The notes beneath the pieces are model-generated. The model saw only the letters and a list, made by a program, of their open reading frames with translations, was not told the DNA's origin and did no database searches. Below, in pieces: positions 34,639 to 43,409 of a stretch of DNA of 64,000 nucleotides. The position numbers and the translations under genes are program-made. The DNA is from Candidatus Parcubacteria bacterium. GTDB lineage: Bacteria > Patescibacteriota > Patescibacteriia > Buchananbacterales > SURF-54. The DNA lies in NCBI GenBank assembly GCA_003599635.1, contig QZIX01000013.1:12679-76678 (forward strand). Direction: 5' to 3'. The number at the start of each line of letters is the position of its first letter. The first letter of the stretch is position 1.

Positions 34639-35289
34639 ATGTTGTTGATTAAAATCGCCACTGGTTTAACTTTTATTTTCAGCTTGTCTTTGGGGGTTTT
34701 TACTTTGGTAAGAAATCCCAGGTCCAAGATCAATCTGACCTGGTTTTTGGCCTGTATGGCCGTCGCATTATGGAGCGGAGCTTACTTTATTCTAAAATTT
34801 ATTACTGACGAAGAAACCGCAAAAATTTTTTTATACCCTCTTTATATCGGAACTATTTTGATGCCGATATTTTTTTTCCATTTTTCTGTCAAATTTTTAT
34901 TAAAGAATAGCATAACTTTATACTTTGGATACTTAATAGCGCTGATTTTGGTTATTCTTTTTTCTTTAACTAAAGTAATTGTTGATGGCGTGGAGTATAT
35001 AGACTTTTATGGTTTCCACGGCAATATCCAGCCGGCTGTATATGTAATGTATTTGTATTATTTTTCTTTTTTCATTTATGCTTTTATTTTGTTATACCAG
35101 GAATATAAAAGAAATAACGGAATAAAATCAGAACAGGCAAAATACATGTTACTTGCATTGGTGATAGGCGTTGGCGGCGGAGCGACAAATTTTATAACAG
35201 ATGTCTTCGGTTCTCTGCCATACGGGCAGATATTGGTCCCCCTGTATCCGATTTTTATCACTTACGGAATTTTTATTAAGAAGTATTAA
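34639..35289 (+). CDS. stand-alone 7TM protein paralogous to a histidine-kinase sensor domain (copy 1)
   Basis: 216 aa, all membrane. Collinear with 36802-37458 and with the first ~215 aa of the kinase at 38987. Confidence 0.7.
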   Translation: MLLIKIATGLTFIFSLSLGVFTLVRNPRSKINLTWFLACMAVALWSGAYFILKFITDEETAKIFLYPLYIGTILMPIFFFHFSVKFLLKNSITLYFGYLIALILVILFSLTKVIVDGVEYIDFYGFHGNIQPAVYVMYLYYFSFFIYAFILLYQEYKRNNGIKSEQAKYMLLALVIGVGGGATNFITDVFGSLPYGQILVPLYPIFITYGIFIKKY

Positions 35290-35308
35290 AATCAATTTTT
35301 TAGTTTAT

Positions 35309-35334
35309 TGTCATCCTGAACTTGATTCAGGATC
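35309..35334 (+). repeat. hairpin repeat TGTCATCCTGAACTTGATTCAGGATC
   Basis: 8-bp stem ATCCTGAA/TTCAGGAT. Family member; see 35773-36080. Confidence 0.7.
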
Positions 35335-35344
35335 TAGAAAAAAT

Positions 35345-35373
35345 TTGACATAATAATCGCTCTGGAATAAAAT
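35345..35373 (+). promoter_or_regulatory. sigma70-like promoter (TTGACA-17-TAAAAT) upstream of the GIY-YIG gene
   Basis: TTGACA 35345-35350, TAAAAT 35368-35373. The leader contains a TACCCT...AGGGTA hairpin at 35392-35414. Confidence 0.5.
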
Positions 35374-35452
35374 AAGGTTAACAATTTAAGCTACCCTTCG
35401 ACAAGCTCAGGGTAAATCAACACGGCAAATTTTTGCGGTGTTTTTTTGCGTT

Positions 35453-35761
35453 ATGAAATTATATTACGTTTACATCATGTCAAATAAGTACAACAACGTT
35501 CTTTATATCGGCGTGACAAATGATATTTATAGAAGAGTGTTAGAGCACAAGGAAAAATTAATTAAAGGATTTACAGAAAAGTATAATATAGATAAGCTGG
35601 TTTATTATGAAGGGTTCAACAGTATTTATGATGCTTTAAATAGGGAAAAGCAGCTGAAAAATTGGCATAGGCAATGGAAAATGAATTTAATAGCATCAAT
35701 AAATCCAGAATGGAAAGATTTAAGTGATTATCTACAATACTGCCATTTTGAATTTTTTTGA
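35453..35761 (+). CDS. GIY-YIG nuclease family protein (UPF0213-like)
   Basis: YVYIMSNKYNNVLYIGVTNDIYRRVLEHK...REKQLKNW is the classic GIY-YIG core. Confidence 0.85.
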   Translation: MKLYYVYIMSNKYNNVLYIGVTNDIYRRVLEHKEKLIKGFTEKYNIDKLVYYEGFNSIYDALNREKQLKNWHRQWKMNLIASINPEWKDLSDYLQYCHFEFF

Positions 35762-35772
35762 AATCCCCATCA

Positions 35773-36080
35773 TGTCACCCTGAAATTAAGTCTTGTCACC
35801 CTGAACCTTGTGCTGAACTTGTTTCAGTATCGTTTCAGGGTCTTTTTTATTCCTTGGAGATTCCGAAACAAGTTCGGAATGACAATTAGGAAAAACCCAC
35901 CGTCATCCTGAAAGCCATTATGTCACCCTGGATTTATTTCAGGATCTCCCACGGCAAAAACACGCCTCTTTAAAGAGGCGTATTTATTTGTTATAATTTA
36001 TTTATTATTTCATAACTACAGATTCCGAAATGAATTCGGAATGACAATTACAGTTGTCATCCTAAACTTGTTTCAGGATC
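35773..36080. repeat. cluster of hairpin repeats (TGTCAyCCTGAA..TTCAGGrTC and TGTCATTCCGAA..TTCGGAATC variants)
   Basis: Solo half 35773-35784. Nested copy 35794-35842 with an inner hairpin at 35811-35829. Reverse copies 35859-35884 and 36021-36046. Nested copy 35902-35946. Forward copy 36055-36080. Confidence 0.75.
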
Positions 36081-36093
36081 TAAATGCATATCT

Positions 36094-36702
36094 ATGCTAA
36101 AAGTGGACGCGGAGTTTTGGAGGAAATACACCAAAGTTTACGACACATTAAATAATGTAATTTCGTACCAGGAATTGCTTGCCGATGTCTGCAATGAGTT
36201 GCAAATAAAATCCGGCGATAAAATTTTGGAAGCAGGCTGCGGCACCGGGAATTTGGCAATTAAAATGAAAGGCCTAGGCGCCGAAGTAATTGGGTTGGAC
36301 AGTTGTAAAGAAGCGCTGGATGTTTACAAACAAAAAGACAAAGACGCCAAGGCTGTTTTATGGGATTTGTCTAAAACTCCCCTGCCGTTTCCGGATAATT
36401 ATTTTAACAAGATTACCTGCGTTAATGTTTTATACGCCATTGCGGTTGAAAAAAGGGAGAGTATAGTAAAAGAATTTTATCGTATTTTAAAACCTGAAGG
36501 AAAAGTTGTACTAGTAAACGTTGAAAAAAATGGTAGTGTTTGTAAAATTTATTTTCATCATTTAAATCTACTCTTTAGAGAAAAAGGTGCAATAAATATG
36601 GTGGCTAATTTGTTAAAGTTTTTACCTAATGCATTAAGATTATTATATTATAACCTTTTTATTGTAGTAGATAGAATTTTTTTTTTCGTAATGAACAGTT
36701 GA
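36094..36702 (+). CDS. class I SAM-dependent methyltransferase, apparently frameshifted at a T10 run
   Basis: Motif I ILEAGCGTGNLA. Paralog of 37481-38233. The homologous C-terminus continues in another frame to 36788. Confidence 0.7.
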   Translation: MLKVDAEFWRKYTKVYDTLNNVISYQELLADVCNELQIKSGDKILEAGCGTGNLAIKMKGLGAEVIGLDSCKEALDVYKQKDKDAKAVLWDLSKTPLPFPDNYFNKITCVNVLYAIAVEKRESIVKEFYRILKPEGKVVLVNVEKNGSVCKIYFHHLNLLFREKGAINMVANLLKFLPNALRLLYYNLFIVVDRIFFFVMNS

Positions 36703-36801
36703 AGATTTTAGAAAATTACTTTAAAAAAGTATCATCTACAAGCTTAGTTTATGCAAAACAGTGTATTTTAAATTCAGCAGTTAAATGATATAATTTACTA
36801 T

Positions 36802-37458
36802 ATGTGGAATCCATTAATTATTTTTACTACTGCGTTGACATTTATTCTTTCTCTAGCTCTTGGTATATATACCTTATCTATCAATCCACGTGAAAAGATA
36901 AATAAATTATGGTTTCTTAGTAATTTAGCAGTAGCATTATGGACATTTTCTTATATACTTTTATTCCTAACTACTGATGATAAAACCGCTGCTTTCTTAC
37001 AAAACTTTCTCTACACTGGCGCTATATTAATTCCCATTTTTTTATTTCATTTTGTTGTACTTTTTACTTACCAAAAGGGACGATTTATATTACTTTTTGG
37101 ATACCTTTACTCATCTATTTTAATAATCCTGCTTTATACGACAGATTTACTTCTTAAAGGTACTTTCGTAAATAGAGATTTTTTTGATGAAATTAGAGGG
37201 CCATTGTTTCCGTTTTACCTGTTATATTTTTTTCTCTTCATAATTTTATCTGTTATTTTTTTAATAAAGAAGTACTTGAAAGCAGACGGCATTTATAAAA
37301 AGCAAATATTATACATTCTTATCGCTATTTTAATAAGTGCCATTGGTGGATCAACAAATTACATAACAGAAATTTATGATATTTACCCTTATGGGCAAAC
37401 ATTTGTTTTCCTATATCCAATAATAATTACATATGCTTTGTTTTTGAAGAAGTATTAG
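36802..37458 (+). CDS. stand-alone 7TM protein paralogous to a histidine-kinase sensor domain (copy 2)
   Basis: 218 aa. TGATATAAT extended -10 at 36786-36794, 8 nt before the ATG. Collinear with copy 1. Confidence 0.7.
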   Translation: MWNPLIIFTTALTFILSLALGIYTLSINPREKINKLWFLSNLAVALWTFSYILLFLTTDDKTAAFLQNFLYTGAILIPIFLFHFVVLFTYQKGRFILLFGYLYSSILIILLYTTDLLLKGTFVNRDFFDEIRGPLFPFYLLYFFLFIILSVIFLIKKYLKADGIYKKQILYILIAILISAIGGSTNYITEIYDIYPYGQTFVFLYPIIITYALFLKKY

Positions 37459-37480
37459 TAAATGCATAATATTAAATGTA

Positions 37481-38233
37481 ATGACTAATGTAAACTTCTA
37501 TAATAAGATTGATAAGGTTTTTTGGCATATTTATATGTTGGCTTATCCTAAGGTTGTACGTAAATTATTACCAAGGCAACTGTTGTTTAAGGTTATACTA
37601 GATAAACTTGAAGTAAAAGATGGCTATAGATACTTAGACGCAGGATGTGGCTTCGGAGAATTATGCACATTGATCCAAAAGAAGGGCGGTATTGCGGTTG
37701 GTATAGATAGATCAAAGAAAGTATTAGAAGGGGCAACAAAATTAAACCCAGATGTTAAATTTAAAGTTGTGGATCTAAATAAAGAACAAGAGCTGGACTT
37801 TAACTCAACATTTAATGGAATAGTATCTGTGAACACTCTTTACTTGATTGATACATTTAAAGAGGTAAATGGTCGAAAAATACCTATCACTTTATTTTAT
37901 TTCAACGATTGGTTAAAAAAAGGTGGCAGATTAGTAATTGTAATACCACTAGCTAATTATAGTCAGTTAAGAAAATTTGTTGATCACTTTAAATTATCTG
38001 TTAAAAAATCAGGTTATATTTTGACCTTCTTGCAAATGGTTATTTATTTCCCCCTTATCTTAATTGTTGTATTGATGAATATTTACGTAAAGTTTAAAGG
38101 GAGTAAAGGCCATTATTTTTTTTATACTCCCGATGATTTTGAGTTAATGATAAAATCAGTTGGTTTTAAAATAATAAGTAATACACTTTGTTACAGTGAT
38201 CAAAACGTTATGATTGTTGCAGAAAAACTATGA
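37481..38233 (+). CDS. class I SAM-dependent methyltransferase with a C-proximal hydrophobic helix
   Basis: Motif I YLDAGCGFGELC, LKKGGRLVIV. TM-like YILTFLQMVIYFPLILIVVLMNIYV. Confidence 0.75.
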   Translation: MTNVNFYNKIDKVFWHIYMLAYPKVVRKLLPRQLLFKVILDKLEVKDGYRYLDAGCGFGELCTLIQKKGGIAVGIDRSKKVLEGATKLNPDVKFKVVDLNKEQELDFNSTFNGIVSVNTLYLIDTFKEVNGRKIPITLFYFNDWLKKGGRLVIVIPLANYSQLRKFVDHFKLSVKKSGYILTFLQMVIYFPLILIVVLMNIYVKFKGSKGHYFFYTPDDFELMIKSVGFKIISNTLCYSDQNVMIVAEKL

Positions 38234-39000
38234 AGCTTAGCAAAACTACATTTGAATTGATTAAAGAACCCAAAAAGAATTTGAAAAATAAGGAGGTATT
38301 AGCCAAGGAAATAACTGATTTAATAATGCTTTCTTGGGGAAATTATGATATCGAAAAAATTAAAAATGTTTTTTTAAATTTAGAAGAGGTTGTCTTAGGC
38401 TATGTAGGTGATGAATTATGTTTTATCACAGGTGGAGGTATTGATAAAATTAAATATGATAGGCAATCAATATATCTATATAGAATTGGATTGACTGTTG
38501 TTAAAAAAATGACATTAGATGGTGAAAGTTTATGGAAGAAAGGCATAATGAGTAAAGGTTTGTTCATTTTGTTAAAACATCTTTTTCTAAAACATCCGTT
38601 TAGAAATTTTTATGTAGGGATTAGAACTTTGGATCCGGTTGTCTTTAAATTTGCGAGTAAATATTTAAATGCAGTGGTACCAAATTATAAGAAGAACACT
38701 ATACCAACAGAGAAAGAAAAACTAATTGCTAAATATATATCTGGCAAGATTAACCCTGGGTGTCTGTTCGATGAGAATAGATTTGTGGTACATAATGCTT
38801 TTAGTAATCATATAGACCTTGCTATAAATAAAATAAGCGAATTACCGAATTTTAAGGACGAGGAGATAAAAAAATTTTTCCTCGAAAATATTGATTATAA
38901 AAAGGGAGATGCTTTTATAATAATTGGTAAAATCAATGTTATTGTGTTACTGAAGTTTAAAATAAAAAATATTTTTAAAGTATTTTATGGTGGTAAATGA
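38230..39000 (+). CDS. hypothetical protein (256 aa; possibly acyltransferase-like)
   Basis: ATGA overlap with the methyltransferase gene and 14-nt overlap with the kinase gene. No firm motif. The GNAT-like idea is speculation. Confidence 0.55.
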   Translation: MKLSKTTFELIKEPKKNLKNKEVLAKEITDLIMLSWGNYDIEKIKNVFLNLEEVVLGYVGDELCFITGGGIDKIKYDRQSIYLYRIGLTVVKKMTLDGESLWKKGIMSKGLFILLKHLFLKHPFRNFYVGIRTLDPVVFKFASKYLNAVVPNYKKNTIPTEKEKLIAKYISGKINPGCLFDENRFVVHNAFSNHIDLAINKISELPNFKDEEIKKFFLENIDYKKGDAFIIIGKINVIVLLKFKIKNIFKVFYGGK

Positions 39001-41311
39001 TTTACTAATTATAGCCATTATTATTATTAATATAATCTTAGGAATTTTTATATTATTCAATAATAGAAAGAAAAGGGCAAATATTTTTTTTGGTGCAATT
39101 GTTTTTTGTTTTGCAATATGGTCATTTAGTTTCTACATGAGAAATAAGGTTTCTACTCCAGATGATATATTTTTTTGGGTAAAGATATCCAATGGTATTA
39201 TGAGTTTTATACCTATATTGTTCTTTTATTTCAGTTTAACTTTTTCCCATACAAAAATAACTTTAAATAAAATTATAAAATTTTTATTGATTTTATTACC
39301 TTTATTTTTTGTCATAACTGGTATTTTTAATCTTGTGGCTAAAGGCGTTGAAGAAAATAGCGGTCAATTTAGAGCAATACCGGGAAAAATATTTATCACA
39401 TTTTCACTATATTTCGTTTTCTTTTGCATACTCAGTTTTTATAATTTAGTTAGTTCTTACAGAAAATCTGAAGGGATATATAAGTTACAAATAAAATATT
39501 TTTTTGTAGGATCTTTTTTTACTACTTTAATTACGATAGTTGCTAATCTTATTCTACCTGGTTTGGGCATACCAAATTTAAGTAAACTAGGACCTTCTTC
39601 AACTGTAATTATTGTATTATTTACGGCTTATGCTATTACACGTTATCGCTTAATGGATATAAGGTTGGTAGTTGTCCGTTCAATTGCTTTTGCAACATTA
39701 ATCTTATTAATAACAGGTGTGTATGCCGGGCTTTCGATAATAATCGGTTCTATGTTGGAACGGTTTATCGGAACATCATCTCAAATCGTTGTTGGTTTGG
39801 TAGTTGCCTTACTTATTGCCATCGGCTACAGCCCCATCAAACGCGGGATTGAAAACATTACCAATAAATTTCTTTTTAAAAAAACCTACAACCCGGACGA
39901 CTTAATATCGCAGGTAAACGACATTTCAACATCAATCCTGGACCTGAACAACATGCTGGCTTCAATATCCAAAGCATTGACCGATGCTTTGCACGCCGGC
40001 AAGATTTCCTTTGCCCTGCTTAACAAAAAAGGCCGGCTGGAACTGTCATACGAGCGGGGTTTTGGCAAAAAGATTTATGATTTTACCAGAGGAAAGGAAG
40101 CCATCCTGCCGATATATTTTAAGGATTCCAAACAGATTTATGTCATAGAAGAACTGAAAACCGCCTACGAACAGGGAGAATACACGCCGAAAAATATCAA
40201 ATTAATGTACGCTCTTTACGAAATGGATATCGCGCTTGTGGTGCCTCTTTTCACCAAAGAAAAATTAATCGGTCTGATTGTTCTGGGCAATAAAAAATCC
40301 GGCGACCTTTATAACAAGCAGGATCTGCACGTGCTTGACATTATTTCCGGCCAGGCGGCAGTCGGTATTGAAAACGCCATTCTGTACGAGGAGCAAAGGC
40401 AGTTTGGCATCAGGTTGGAAAAAACGGTTGCTGAAAGAACCTCGCAGTTACGGGTTGCCAATGTCAAATTAAAGGAACTGGATTCAGCCAAGTCAGAATT
40501 TATTTCCATCGCCTCGCACCAGCTGCGCACGCCTTTAACCGTAATCAAGGGGTATATTTCCATGATTTTGGAAGGGTCTTTCGGCAAAACTTCCAAAGTG
40601 GTCAAAGATTGCCTGAACAAGGTTTATCTTTCCAACGAGAGGCTTATCGGCCTGGTTGAAGATTTGCTTAACATTTCCAGAATCGAATCCGGAAAGCAGG
40701 AATACAATTTCCAGCCGCTTGATCTGGTTTTCGCCTGTCAGTCAGTTTATGAAGAACTGCAGCAGAAAGCAGCAATGAAAAAAATCAAACTGGATTTTGA
40801 AAAACCCAAAGTCAAAATTGCGCAGGTCGTGGCAGATGCCGACAAGCTTCATGAAGTGATGATGAATTTTACGGACAATGCCATAAAATATACGCCGTCG
40901 GGTTTTGTAAAAATCAAAATTGAACAAAAAGATGATAATATTATTTTTTCTGTCCGCGATTCGGGCATCGGTATGAGCAAAGAGGATATGAGTCATTTGT
41001 TTCAGAAATTTTCCCGCGCCAAGGGTTCTTCCCTTGTCCATACCGAAGGAACCGGTCTCGGCCTTTATGTCGCCAAGATGATAGTGGAATCACACATGGG
41101 CGGGATTTGGGCAAAATCTGAAGGCCGCGGCAAGGGCTCGGTATTTTATTTTTCCATCCCTGTTTTGGGCAAAGGCAGAAGTATCGGCATACTGACCCAG
41201 GAAAGGATAAAGTCGCTTGACGTTAGAGGGGAACAACCCAAAGACAACCCGTTAATTATCAGGACGCCTGAAAAAAGCGTTGATCCGATAAAGGCACAGA
41301 GAAGTATTTGA
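38987..41311 (+). CDS. sensor histidine kinase: 7TM sensor + GAF-like + HisKA + HATPase_c
   Basis: H-box SEFISIASHQLRTPLT, N-box NFTDNAIKYT, G1 DSGIGM, G2 GTGLGL. No response regulator in the window. Confidence 0.85.
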   Translation: MVVNDLLIIAIIIINIILGIFILFNNRKKRANIFFGAIVFCFAIWSFSFYMRNKVSTPDDIFFWVKISNGIMSFIPILFFYFSLTFSHTKITLNKIIKFLLILLPLFFVITGIFNLVAKGVEENSGQFRAIPGKIFITFSLYFVFFCILSFYNLVSSYRKSEGIYKLQIKYFFVGSFFTTLITIVANLILPGLGIPNLSKLGPSSTVIIVLFTAYAITRYRLMDIRLVVVRSIAFATLILLITGVYAGLSIIIGSMLERFIGTSSQIVVGLVVALLIAIGYSPIKRGIENITNKFLFKKTYNPDDLISQVNDISTSILDLNNMLASISKALTDALHAGKISFALLNKKGRLELSYERGFGKKIYDFTRGKEAILPIYFKDSKQIYVIEELKTAYEQGEYTPKNIKLMYALYEMDIALVVPLFTKEKLIGLIVLGNKKSGDLYNKQDLHVLDIISGQAAVGIENAILYEEQRQFGIRLEKTVAERTSQLRVANVKLKELDSAKSEFISIASHQLRTPLTVIKGYISMILEGSFGKTSKVVKDCLNKVYLSNERLIGLVEDLLNISRIESGKQEYNFQPLDLVFACQSVYEELQQKAAMKKIKLDFEKPKVKIAQVVADADKLHEVMMNFTDNAIKYTPSGFVKIKIEQKDDNIIFSVRDSGIGMSKEDMSHLFQKFSRAKGSSLVHTEGTGLGLYVAKMIVESHMGGIWAKSEGRGKGSVFYFSIPVLGKGRSIGILTQERIKSLDVRGEQPKDNPLIIRTPEKSVDPIKAQRSI

Positions 41312-41376
41312 TATAACGTTTTTACAATTGACAAATTCTTGTCTTTTTTTTATTTTATCGTTATTATTATTTCATT

Positions 41377-42954
41377 ATGAAAAATATGTTGAAAAAATTA
41401 TCTGCGGCTGCGGTAATTTTTGTTTTTTTGTCCAATTTTTTCCCCAAAGCGTCCCTGGGGGCAATAAATTTAGTAAAAAGCAGGGAAAGCCAGACGGTTT
41501 ACTATCTGGACGGGCTGGGCTTCAGGCATCCTTTTCCCAATTTTATAACCTACAAGTCATGGTACGGCGATGATTTTTCTAAGATAACGACCGTGTCAAA
41601 AGAATTTCTTGCTACTTTTCCTTTAGCGAAAAATATCACTATTCGTTCCGGCAAATACCTGGTTAAAGTCCAGTCCGATCCCAAAGTTTATGCCGTTGAA
41701 CCGGGCGGACTGCTGCGTCATATCCAAAATGACGAAATAGCCCGGGCACTTTACGGCAGCAGCTGGGAAAAAAAGGTGGTCGATCTGCCCGAAATTTTTT
41801 TTGACAATTATAAAATCGGTTCGCCGATAAAGCATACCTGGGATATACCCGAAGGCGTTGTTTACAAAATTCAGGGAGAATCCAAATATTACTGGAAAGA
41901 AAACGACACCATCAGGCCGTTTGGCTCTGAGCAGGCGATAATTGACAACGGTTACAGTCTTATTGACGTCGTCTCGGCGAGCAATACTTACTATTCAACC
42001 AAAAAACCGGTAACCGGAATCAGCAAAACAGTTTTTGATCCGTTAAAAGAAGCGTATTCTGACGAACGCGACTGCGAAAATAAAAATTTAAAAATCGCTT
42101 TCATTTTTTTAAACAAAGGCAGCTATACATCGGAACAGATTGAAAAAATGGAAGCAATAAAATCCAATCTTTCGTCATATTATTCCTGGGCGACTGACGG
42201 ACTTTCGCATCTTGACGTCAGTTACCCAATTTTCACCCTGGCTGATGACGGGTACTATATTAATGTGAATAATGAAGGCAAGACTATTTTGGTCAAAGAT
42301 GAAATCCTCCGTTCTTTTTATGAACAGTATGAAGATGTTTTCGATTTTGTCGCGATTTTTACCAATTTTGATTTTTTTAAAAAGGAAATCGCGGATTTTT
42401 TACCGGTTTCTAATATTGTTGAAGGCATTGGCAAACCGATTCTGGACACGTCGCAATTTTACGGCAGTTTCGGGAAATTGAAGGGAATAATCAATATGGA
42501 AAATATCGACAAATACGATACTTCGCCGGCATCAAAATTAAATGAGGTGCAAAATGTGCTGGTGCACGAAATATTGCATAACTGGAGCGGGGCTGTCAGG
42601 TTTAAAAACACGGAGGGTAAAATCGATCTGTCTTTGTTGCGGCTGCCTGACAAGGCGCACTGGAGTTATTACGACAGTTTCGTTTCACCGCTTGGCGGAT
42701 CCGGCTGGGCTGACAACGGCGACGGCACATTCACATCGGCAGTTTCTCTTATGGCCGATACTTCAAAAAAGAAATTTTCCGATCTTGACTTGTATTTAAT
42801 GGGCCTGATACCGTCAAGGGAAATTGAGCCGATAAAATACATTGTGCCAAAAATCGCGGATGCTTTGGGTAATACCCTTGAAGCGTCTGAACACGTGGTT
42901 ACCATAAATCAAATAATAGAGGCGGAAGGTTCCTGGCAATGCGGTAATAATTAG
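41377..42954 (+). CDS. secreted protein with HExxH zinc-peptidase motif
   Basis: Signal peptide MKNMLKKLSAAAVIFVFLSNFFPKASLGA. VLVHEILHNW. Family not recognised. Confidence 0.6.
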   Translation: MKNMLKKLSAAAVIFVFLSNFFPKASLGAINLVKSRESQTVYYLDGLGFRHPFPNFITYKSWYGDDFSKITTVSKEFLATFPLAKNITIRSGKYLVKVQSDPKVYAVEPGGLLRHIQNDEIARALYGSSWEKKVVDLPEIFFDNYKIGSPIKHTWDIPEGVVYKIQGESKYYWKENDTIRPFGSEQAIIDNGYSLIDVVSASNTYYSTKKPVTGISKTVFDPLKEAYSDERDCENKNLKIAFIFLNKGSYTSEQIEKMEAIKSNLSSYYSWATDGLSHLDVSYPIFTLADDGYYINVNNEGKTILVKDEILRSFYEQYEDVFDFVAIFTNFDFFKKEIADFLPVSNIVEGIGKPILDTSQFYGSFGKLKGIINMENIDKYDTSPASKLNEVQNVLVHEILHNWSGAVRFKNTEGKIDLSLLRLPDKAHWSYYDSFVSPLGGSGWADNGDGTFTSAVSLMADTSKKKFSDLDLYLMGLIPSREIEPIKYIVPKIADALGNTLEASEHVVTINQIIEAEGSWQCGNN

Positions 42955-43092
42955 TTTTTTAAATAATAAATAATTAAGTTTACAGATTTATTGAAGGTCG
43001 GCAGCCGAGGCAAGCCGGTAACATCTGCACAGCAGTTGATGACGGCTTTTTTTATTTATGTTAAAATTAGAATATAATAATTAAGTATTTTT

Positions 43093-43398
43093 ATGGAAAA
43101 ACAAACTAAAATCAGTTTTATTGCCATGGGGGGAAGCATACTGTTTTTGCTGATTCATCTTTTAATAATTTCTTTCATTGTCATCCCTCCATTTTTTATG
43201 ATTTTGTCTTTGATCTTTATTATCTGCTTTGTGATTTCCATGATTTACAACGCTTACACTTTTATCAATTACAGAAAACCCGAAGATTTCTGGAAACTGG
43301 GGTGGCTGGGCGTTATCGGTTCTTTGGGTATAATCGCCAATTACAGTCTTTTCGGATTATTCGGGCTTTTCGGATTATTCGGGCTTAAAAAAAAGTAG
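43093..43398 (+). CDS. small membrane protein
   Basis: Three TM helices. C-terminal GLFGLFGLFGL is encoded by an 18-bp tandem duplication. Confidence 0.55.
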   Translation: MEKQTKISFIAMGGSILFLLIHLLIISFIVIPPFFMILSLIFIICFVISMIYNAYTFINYRKPEDFWKLGWLGVIGSLGIIANYSLFGLFGLFGLFGLKKK

Positions 43399-43409
43399 TT
43401 TTTTAGTTT

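Noticed and set aside
35773-36080. A CRISPR array, suggested by the closely spaced repeats
   Set aside because: The repeats are internally palindromic hairpins. They occur in both orientations, are nested, vary in sequence and are irregularly spaced. There are no unique spacers of constant length and no cas genes.
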